Assembly (NCBI GenBank): GCA_964276515.1
Contig: OZ193910.1
Location: forward strand, 4,774,001-4,838,000
DNA length: 64,000 bases
Origin: Gordius albopunctatus
Taxonomy: Eukaryota
Direction of reading: 5' to 3'
Part shown: piece by piece, positions 54,893 through 64,000 of the stretch
Layout: every line of letters starts with the position of its first letter
How positions within the stretch are numbered: the first letter of the stretch is position 1
The notes under the pieces: generated by a model
Databases searched by the model: none
What the model saw: only the letters and a program-made list of their open reading frames with translations
What the model was told of the DNA's origin: nothing
Made by a program: the position numbers and the translations under genes

Positions 54893-57800
54893 ATCAATTG
54901 TTCGGCGAAGTCGATAAGTTTACCTAAATTTGCGGTCGACCGCACACGTGATGATTGTATTAGTTTGGTGATTTCTTCGCCTTGGTATAACCTCAAAATC
55001 AAGATCATTTTTTAAAATATTTCACGTGAAATTCGTTTTTATAGCCCAACTTTGTGTACATTTTCTTTTTGGAGTAATGATATGAATCAACTGAATCGAT
55101 AGCAATATTGTCCACTTGTTGGGAGTTCCCTAAATTTAGGATGGCCTAAAAACGCGTCCACGCAAAATTCCTATTAAAAGCCATACTTTACGAAGCAGTT
55201 TTTGTTTGAGTCAACGCAAATATGATGTAAAAGTTGTGCTTGCCAATGACGAGATTACCTGTCGTGGGGCGAAATTTAGTCGAGCTTAGAGAAATTTTGT
55301 CCCTTCCCATCTTATGTTTGACAAGTCATCCCGACGTTAATTAACGAAAATTGATACAATAAATTTATATAAACCAACAAGTTGGATAAACTGCAAAAAT
55401 TAGCAGTTTAGATTTAAAAAGATGTCGGGCGGGTTCTAGTTAGGCCCAAAAGAGAAAAAAATTTTGGCCTCGAGCCTTAATTTTGATTCGCAAGGAAAAA
55501 AATCCAGTTGGTGTAGTTTTCCATTTATAGTAGTAATTAAAAATTTGTACACTACAACGCTATTTTTCGTTCAAATGGAGGCCATAAGTTTCATAGCAAC
55601 TAACTGGTTCATTTAGCCTTTGTTTTTTATGCTACGGGGCCAAAGGTCTCCCGTTAAGTAGTGCTCTAAACCTGGGTTTTGATTGGTCGACCTTTGGTTC
55701 AACTAAGACTAACGCTCGACTCAATTTCGACTAAGCCGCGAAAATAACCCGAATGCCTTTTTACAAGGCTATTCTTAAGATATCGTATCCGGGCGTTTTA
55801 ATTTCAGCGCAGCGTCGAGATGTAAATAATAAATCGACGAGGAAAAAGGTCAGTCAATGCGACAGTTTGACCTTGGGCCATCATCACGCCAGCTCTCGCT
55901 CGCCTCCTTCGCATCGGCAGATGATTATATTTGGGTTATTTGTGTTGAGCAGTTTATATGAAATGTCATCTTTTGCCGAACTCATTTTATCCTTACGTTG
56001 CATTTTTGAGAACACACACTATAAATTGTTACTTTAATTGTACGATAGGTGAGTGAATGATTGAAAATAAAGGTAATGCTTGAGGTGCTGTAAGTATTAA
56101 GGAATGGATGGGAGGGAGGAGTGGCAGAACGCTGTAAAGTCACGGCGTTTCTACCCCGGAGCTAACATATTATTTTTGCCCTAAGCCATACTTAATCTCA
56201 ATCAAAACTTGATTTTAATAATTTTAGCAATTATAAATTGAATCTGACCCGCCGACGAAAAATGTTATTTAGTAAATCTATATTTAATTGCTTTATTTGA
56301 AAGTCTATTAATTTTGTGATTTTAGTTGTAATGGAGCTCCTACCTATTTTTGGTCTTTCGCTGCGGTTGTGGCGAGCGAGGACTCCCCTTTCCAACAGTG
56401 TTTATTTAGAAACGTTTACTACTTTGTGTGACTGGATTAATATGAATGTCTTGTCTTATCCAATTTGTTGCTTTACTATGGAAAACTACTATTTTGGTAC
56501 CATCGCTTATATAAATCGAATAAATTTATAATGGTGACGTATCTTCAGTTTTTCTATTTATCCACAACGTGCACCTTTGTGTCCGCCACGTTCATTGAGA
56601 CAAAGAATTTGATGAACCTCTCTCCCCCCCCCCACATTCAATTCACTAGAGTTGTAAAAACACGGGGTTTGTTTGGTCGACAACCTCTGGTTTTAGTCCG
56701 ACTTAACATACAGAGCAGGCAATTTATGCGCTAAGACCCAAAAAACCTTTGGCTGTGGAAGTTGCGTCGACTAAAAGCAAAGGTTGTCGATCTAACCAAA
56801 CCCAGCCGTTCCACAACACTACAACAATTCAAGCCTCCGCGAGAATATGTGTAATTATATATCTCCATTCTTTAACCTGAACTTGCTAGCTTGCCTACTT
56901 TATTCGTTAATTCCAACGAAAAATGAGGAGACTAAACATTGCAAAAGTATTAGACCTCAGATTGGTAGGAACAAATCAAGGTTACGCCTGCAACAGTTTT
57001 ACATTCTCTAATTTAGTATTTTTAGCTTGATGTTGTCATATTCTAGGAAATATTTATGCGGGACTAGGCAAAATTTTAATTATTTCTTTGGTCGCGCAGC
57101 ATTGATTTCTCGGCAAACCCATTAACCGCCTTGTGCTAAAATTTTTGAAACGATTCTAAATCGCGAACTCAAAAGAGCGTTGCCAAAAGCGCTACTACTC
57201 AGTCCAATTATGCCTTTGGCTCGACGCTAGGCGCTCCCAGTTATTCTCTAGCTATAAGGTGAAAGCCAAAAATTGTGAGTGCGTCTCGCGTTCTTTATCT
57301 TTTAACTCGCTTGGCCCGGTACAAAATCAAAATATTTTCTATCGAATCAGGTGTGTAAACATGGGCGTAGCCAAGGGAATGGGGGGGGGCAGAGAGGGGT
57401 GGCTGCCCTTCTCTAATTTAATTTATAAAATTGTGACTAAAATTTCAAAGAATGATCATTTTGCCCCCTCTAATTTTTGTATTATTACATAGTTTGCAAA
57501 AAGCAAAGAGTTCTAGTTGCGATGTCAAGTTTATCATATGACATTAAAGGAGGCTCTTAATGAATCACTCATATTTTTTAATTTTTCCACCGTAAAAAAT
57601 ACACTTTTTCATATTTCAATCAAACAAAAATCAAATGACATTTTTGTCTTAACCTTTTTCACTCATTTGACATTGACACAGCAACAACCTAAGTCACGCG
57701 TCCCTGTCCTTCATCACTATTTTTTGGCCTGTGTGTTTTGGTTATCGAGGTGGTGGGGGCCATGTTGAAATGGCTAAATCCTCGCCTTTCAAATTGCACG

Positions 57801-60800
57801 CTCTAGACCGAGGGGGGCATACTCTAACTAAAAGAGGCAGGGAGGAGTGGTTGCCTGCCCCCCTCTAAAACAAAAACTGATCTTTTATATATGTAATTTA
57901 ATTATTATGGTCATTATGTCAGCTTTGTGAAAGAGGAGCTACTAGAGAGAGGGAGGAGGGAGGGCCATGCAAAAATTAATCGTGGGGAAAGAAGTTTTTG
58001 AAAATTTATTGTTCGCTCTCCCCCAGATCGACTTAATCTCAAAACACAATTTGGATATCAAAATTTTATTTAATTGAACTTAGGCACTAAACAGTGAAGG
58101 TGGTAAAAGATTTGTAGTTCAATTTTCGTCTGTCTCAGTCAGGCTCTAGTATCAGGTATGTGGATTGGGATTCTTTCATTGCCAAAGATGATAATTATAG
58201 GTATACCAATCTGAAGCCGCCATCAATACCTAAATTTTTCTGCCCAAACCGAGTCGATTATCGAAATAACCTGTTCGCCTCTTCGATAAATGTCCGCCCG
58301 GCCATGCCCAAATTATGCTGCCCAACCTTTTTACCTTGATATCTAATAATTGTGAAGCTCGATTTGAAAAGCCAATCCTGCCCTCTTGATTGCGCCAGAT
58401 ATAATATCCCCTTCGCGTATTCGTTAAGAGCCTAAGAGATTTGATAGTTTATTATTCATCGAGAGAGGTCTTTTTCTTGAATTGCCGTGGTAAGGACATC
58501 GAGATGTGACTAAAGAGAATTCTCGGAGTTTCAATAATTACAATTATACTATATTAAAAGCTATAAGGAAAAACTCATGTGTCATACTTTACAACATTGC
58601 ATAAGAGAAAGCTTTTATTGAATCACGATATTTTATTTGCGATTTAATAAGAATTTAGATCGATCCTAGATGTTATGGCGTCAAATAAAAATGGTCATGC
58701 AGAACTTAGTTTAACTTTGAATTATGCCAAACACAAACGAAGCATTATAAATTTAAAAATCGCATCGAGCCCGAATCTTGTTAAGGCGCTCGCCTCTGCC
58801 CGCGTATGTTCCACATGTTGTCGCGCAGAAACCCAGCTTTTCTCATCTATACTCTAGGCCCCTTTTTGCCACCCCCCCCCCCCGATCTACACAAATTTAA
58901 CCGGTCCCGCATAATTTTGTTTAAATTTAACATTTCGCCCCCCCCCCCCATCATTCTTCATCCTAGTATTTCAAAAATGGCTTGGTTTTGTTTGGTAGAC
59001 CTTTGGTTTTAGTCGAGTAAACATAAACAAACCAAATATTTTTGGTCTATTTCCCAGACGACCACCTCTAGGCTTGGTCGAAATTGGAAAAACAGACCCG
59101 ATCTGAGTCGACCATTGGTTTTAGTACGAAACCCATTCGTGAAACGATAGGAATCACTCGTAGCGAAACGCGAGATTTGGTTGCCTCGAGAAAGGAGAAA
59201 TATATTTCAATCAAAATGCCGTATGTGTGTGTGTACTGTACAATATGATACAGCAAAGCGATTAAAGAGAAGGGAATAACGAACGATTCGCACTCATTTC
59301 TATCTTTCTCTACATACCCTCCGCGCCGAGGAGCATAAGCTGGCGAACGAGCGCGAATCGCATAATAATATTAACCTTGAATTTTTACGAGAGTTGTTCC
59401 CTACACAACACAACATACATACATAGTAGTAAGTGATAAGTAAGTAATGGTAAAAAAAATAAATGTAAAAGCACCTCACCACCACCACTACCACGATCCA
59501 TCTCGTCAGCCGGGAGGAGGGGGGGGGGCGAGTAATTTGGCTTGGCAAAGAAAGAGGCTGGTGTTGGTTGGGTGGGGGGGGGGGGCGGGGAGCCTGCTTT
59601 AGCTCTATCGGTAATCAATCGATCATCTCGTACGGATTAAAATTAAGATGCACTATGAGTTTGAATATTTTAATATTTTCCTTAAAAGTCATACCCTCAA
59701 ATACTGACGGCTGGATTGGTGGCAGGGAAAATCATGTGGGCGCATATATACTCTGTCGGCTGATGGACTAGGGGGTGTCGTGTTAATGGTTCATGCGACA
59801 GTGTGTGGCTTGTAAGGTTTTTAAAAGCATCCCTAGCGACTAGAACCACAAAGGAATTTGGAGTGTGTTAGTTACACAGCTCTTGCGAAAATTTTAACAA
59901 ACTTTGTCCCCATTTCACACTTTGATGCTGATGATTATTTATAACAGCGTAAAAAATTGTATTATAAGCTTGGTATAGTACGTCATCATATTATTGGCAG
60001 TAAGGTGCCGCGCCTTTAGTCTAGTTTTTCCCATAATTTTCAAAACCTCATCAAAAACATCTCGTGTCACCGCGCTAAAAGAAAAGTTTTTTTCCGTTTT
60101 TTGTCTGATCAAGAAGACATTCATCTTCAAGAATATAGAGGGCTTGAAGCAGTTTACACTCTAACAGAATAGCGCAATTCAATAGTCGTGTGTAATCAAT
60201 TTCTCTTTTTGATATTTAATGTTTTTGTATATCTACAAAGCGGCTGGTTTTTGCTTATTCGACCTTTGGTTTAACTTAGACTAGCGGTCGACTCTTTTCA
60301 GATTTCGACTAAGCCTAGATGTCAATTAAAAAAGCAGACCAAAAACCTCCTGTCTGTCTGTCTGTCTGTCTGTCCATGTTTATCGACTAAAACCAAACCC
60401 AGTTATATATACAACGTTCCTCTCTATGCTAATAGCCTTTCGAATCCTATTGCAATCCCATTTATTCTTTTTTCATATTTCATCTTATAACCCGCAGTTT
60501 AAACTATCTTAAATTCTATAAATATAATTTTACATATGATTTATTTTATTTTTTAACCCAATTGCTTAGTCGTTCAACCGAAATATTGATTAAGGAGTCT
60601 GGGTGTCACTTGGAGCATCCCGCAGCCGCAAATTTCAACAGGCACGTTATGAATGGGAACTGGGACAAAGTAATTAATTACAATCGCATCATTCTCTTCC
60701 TTTATTTCTTAACCTTTTTTTACAAATAATCAAAATTTAGATCTTTTTTGCTTAGAAAATGGGCAACATATGTAGTGTAATAATATTTTATTGTTAAATT

Positions 60801-63800
60801 TTACCAGGTGAATCTAGTTACTTTACACATGTCGGGGAAAATATATTATAAAAAGTTTGGAATTTGCGTTTTTCAATGTTGTTTGACCGTTTCACAGGTC
60901 TTCCGTTTATACTTAGCTAGGGGAATACGGCTTGTCGCGCTTTTTCTTGAATTACATTATGTTTAAAGACAATCTTGATGTACAAAATTTAGCGTTTTTC
61001 CTAACAACATTTGCTCTAGAGAATCCTTATGTTTGAAGGGGGGAGGCAACAATTAGTTTTGAATATAAAATAATGAAAAAGTCCGAATTATAGTTGAAAC
61101 AAAATATTTTTTACACTGCCTAACACTTTCCCCTTCAGTGTTGTGTTTATAACGACGCGTCTCAAATTCCGAATATGCTAAAAATCCCTGAAATTAAATG
61201 TTGAGGATAAATACAAAATTGTGGAAAACTTCGACTAACATGATTTGCTATCGACAAATATATAAACGGTAGGGGTGTTTCGGATATTGTCTTCCAATTC
61301 AATTTCCAACCATTGGGTCTCTTGTAACTATTGAAATGAATTTTTCATTGGATTTTTTTGATATAGGCGATCAAAGATTTGATTGAACTCAAGCCAATGC
61401 TACAAGTCAACGAAGTTCAAGCTGTCACGGTAACTTAACTATTCTTGCACAGTTCCTAAATTTCATAAGCCCTATAATTTCATATTTTTATTTTGTTTAT
61501 TGTTTGTATAAAATGGCTAATTAAATCTATTTTTTCTTGCCTTTTCATCGATTTGCCTTATAGAAGATGAAGTTTCTGATATTGGAACAGAAGTACTTGG
61601 AATTGTTGGCAGACGCCTTCACGCTCGATGCTCTGTACTGCTTACGAACCGAGCTTACCCCACTCAATTACGACAAAGAGCACTTGCACAAATTGAGCGG
61701 GTTCGAAAACTTTCTCCTTTTTACCTTAAATCCCTATAATTTTAAATCATTAAAATTGTCCAGTTTTACAAATAGTTGCATAAGTTTAGAAGGACACTTT
61801 TTAATAATAGCTGATTAAATAAATCTTTCTGCTCAGTAGAGAACTCAATAAAACCTGTGTAGACAACATAACGATACTGAGAAATAGATTTGTTTGTTCC
61901 TCGGAAATTGTTTAATGATCGCTTTGCTTTTTTTACATTTATATGCTCCAGTTACCTCCGCTTAAATGGGTCAGATGAATTGCAATCTTACGCTGGGTGG
62001 GAAGGTAAGGGACAGATGTCGAGGCAAAAGTTGATGGAAAAGTTGCAAAGTAAATTTTAAACCGTCGTCCATTGAAAATTTTCAATTCCTCATTATATGT
62101 GAAAAATATTTTTTCCAATTTTTCAACGTTTAAACATTATGAGGATGTTTGCATAAATACATATGAAATGTAGCTTTCCTGCCTCCGAACATTATGCTGC
62201 CGCCTAAACGCTTGCAAAAACTCCTGTCTCAGGCACTGGAATTGCAAAAACAACGCTGCCCCTACCACAACTCGGCCCCCTTTCAAACATCCCTCTCACC
62301 CGACCCATCCAACAGCACCGCCATCACTATTAACAATCCATATTTTTCAGGTCATTTATACACACACATACACTCCACGTTTTAGTAACGAATACTCTCC
62401 CCTAAAAACACTCGATTTAATCTGGATTACAGTTGACGAACAGTTCCTAAGTTTCGACTCACTCACAAAACGACCCAAATTCTTCTTAGGGCGTGTCTTC
62501 TTAATACGCCATTTTGAATCTATTATATGAAAAAAGCGAATGCATGTTAAAACATAGCCGCGTCTTAATACGAACTTCACGCCATTTTCTCATTTTTGCC
62601 CTGTGTTTTTTTGGTTGACGAAACAAAAATATTTATCCTTTAATTGTGCTTACTAATGCATAATCACATAGTAACTAAACTTAAATTGTCGATTCCACGA
62701 CATGTAAATCGCATATTTGAAATCGTGTCATAACCATTGCGTCGTATAAGTGTTTGCAAAGGCTTTACCTAAGCCAAACTTAGGCACCTCCATATTTGTG
62801 TTCTTAAATCTTCCTTTATACTGCACGGTGCCACGACTCTTAATGTTCTCTCTTTAGATTAAAAACCAATAATTGCGGGTACGGACGGGCTTTTGAAGTA
62901 AAAAAATTTACAGTTCCGGGCTCGGGGCGGTCAAAAATGGAGCACCGGACTAAAGCCTATTATAAAATAAATGGGGTCCTTGATTTCTTTGAATGCCTAG
63001 GTTTTTAGTGAATGAATGGAGCGTTGTATCAACTTTCATAACTTGTATATATAATTGTCATTTTTCGGCTTTTTAACAATGATAGGATCTCACAAGCACG
63101 ATAACATTGTCTCAACTTCAACTCCGGCCACACCCCACGCCCCATCCAACAACGGCGTGTTCAACGGCAAGAGTAGTTTTGATTTTGAAGGTAATGCTTC
63201 AATACTTCTGTCTAATTCGGACCTTAGTTAAGACTAGTTTGACAATAGAGGGCAGTCAACTAAACTTTAACCATTTTCATGCCAGCTAAAGGAAATCATA
63301 AATTACGTAATTCGCTCCTTCCTCGCTTGCACACCACCAAAGCAGCGTTGTATTAGAATGAATGAAGTCCATTCCCATAAACTGTTTGTCACGCTTGGTC
63401 GTCAGCTTCTTTAGAGACTCATTGGATTAGGGGTGACTCTCGGCTATCCCCCATGTCTGACACCCGTGTTGACGATGTGCAAAAATTTTGCAAGAAAGGG
63501 GGGCGTAAGCGAGTTTAAAGCGCGAGCTCTGGTTTAGAAAACAAAGCCTATATCACTCCCCCCAACCCCCTCCCCCCCTCCATTCATTCATTATTGGCTT
63601 GTGCGCTGCTTCTAATTCAAACATAGCTAGATTTTAGTTCAAAACTCATTAGATCCTTTCTTAGCCATTCTACGGAATCGATGCTGATTCATATCAAAAT
63701 TATTATTTTAATCACCCTCCCGACCATTTATATGATAATTAGGTGATAGATGGGCGATAATCCTTGATATCAACTTTGCATGTTAATTTTTGTTTGATTT

Positions 63801-63943
63801 GTAACCTTAGGGTATCCAGATGTGTCGATCAATTCCGGTTACACCGGGAATCCATTAATTCGTGCCCAATCCGCAGCCTCCTCTTCCACTACCTTCAACT
63901 ATTGCTCTCAGCCCTCTTTGCTCATCGATCACCAATGTTCCAG
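51134..63943 (+). CDS. WDR26: WD repeat-containing protein 26 (GID7, CTLH complex), 5' part; WD40 repeats lie beyond the window
   Basis: Exons 51190-52193, 60570-60669, 61367-61429, 61564-61700, 61952-62049, 62174-62350, 63811-63943. Lis[101 protein letters not shown]. Start codon uncertain (ATG 51134-51136 followed by an intron is one option). Confidence 0.9.
53223..53378. mobile_element. 156-bp MITE derivative of the hAT element at 41963-43009
   Basis: TIR TAGAGGTGTGCA; perfect TSD ATGTACAT; both ends match those of 41963-43009. Confidence 0.9.
53641..53758. mobile_element. Tiny hAT MITE, CATGGGCGTAGCC family
   Basis: CATGGGCCTAGC...GCTACTCCCATG; TSD TTAATTTT/TTAGTTTT. Confidence 0.7.
54258..54326. 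mobile_element. About 69-bp hAT MITE, CATGGGCGTAGCC family
   Basis: CATGGGCGTAGCCAGG...CCTGGCTACGCCATG; TSD TAAGTTTC/TGAGTTTT. Confidence 0.7.
56648..56821. mobile_element. MITE with GTCGAC/CGACTAA subterminal repeats
   Basis: TAGAGTTGT...ACAACACTA; related pieces at 24640-24714, 54340-54474, 55660-55740, 58965-59130, 60240-60420. Confidence 0.55.
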
Positions 63944-64000
63944 GTTAATTCTATACTTTTGCCTATGGAGGTGGCCAGGAGGGGCAGGGAGGGGTGGCTG

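Noticed and set aside
58090..58530. GC-richer segment, possibly a decayed retroelement coding piece
   Set aside because: No recognisable motif and many stops

Overview
AT-rich animal (probably invertebrate) genomic DNA with spliceosomal introns; not prokaryotic. Host genes: (1) a complete bifunctional glutamyl-prolyl-tRNA synthetase EPRS (+ strand, about 34 exons, 10856-40818) with GST-like, GluRS, five WHEP and ProRS modules; (2) the 5' part of WDR26/GID7 (+ strand, from about 51134 to past the window end). Manual exon stitching shows two genes missing from the ORF track. One is a candidate, highly divergent Ras/Rab-like gene on the - strand (3' exons 49293-49901; possible 5' exons up to 54892, interleaved with WDR26). 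The other is a FLYWCH-type zinc-finger gene (7939-10116, -), probably MULE-associated, whose last exon is split by a hAT insertion. The rest is dense in transposons: a near-intact Sola2 element with about 700-bp TIRs in an EPRS intron, a decayed RTE LINE, Helitron pieces, many hAT elements and MITEs with 8-bp TSDs, and multi-layer nests. Introns as short as 34-48 nt and AAG/GAG acceptors occur. All gene models were built by eye and need RNA or homology confirmation.
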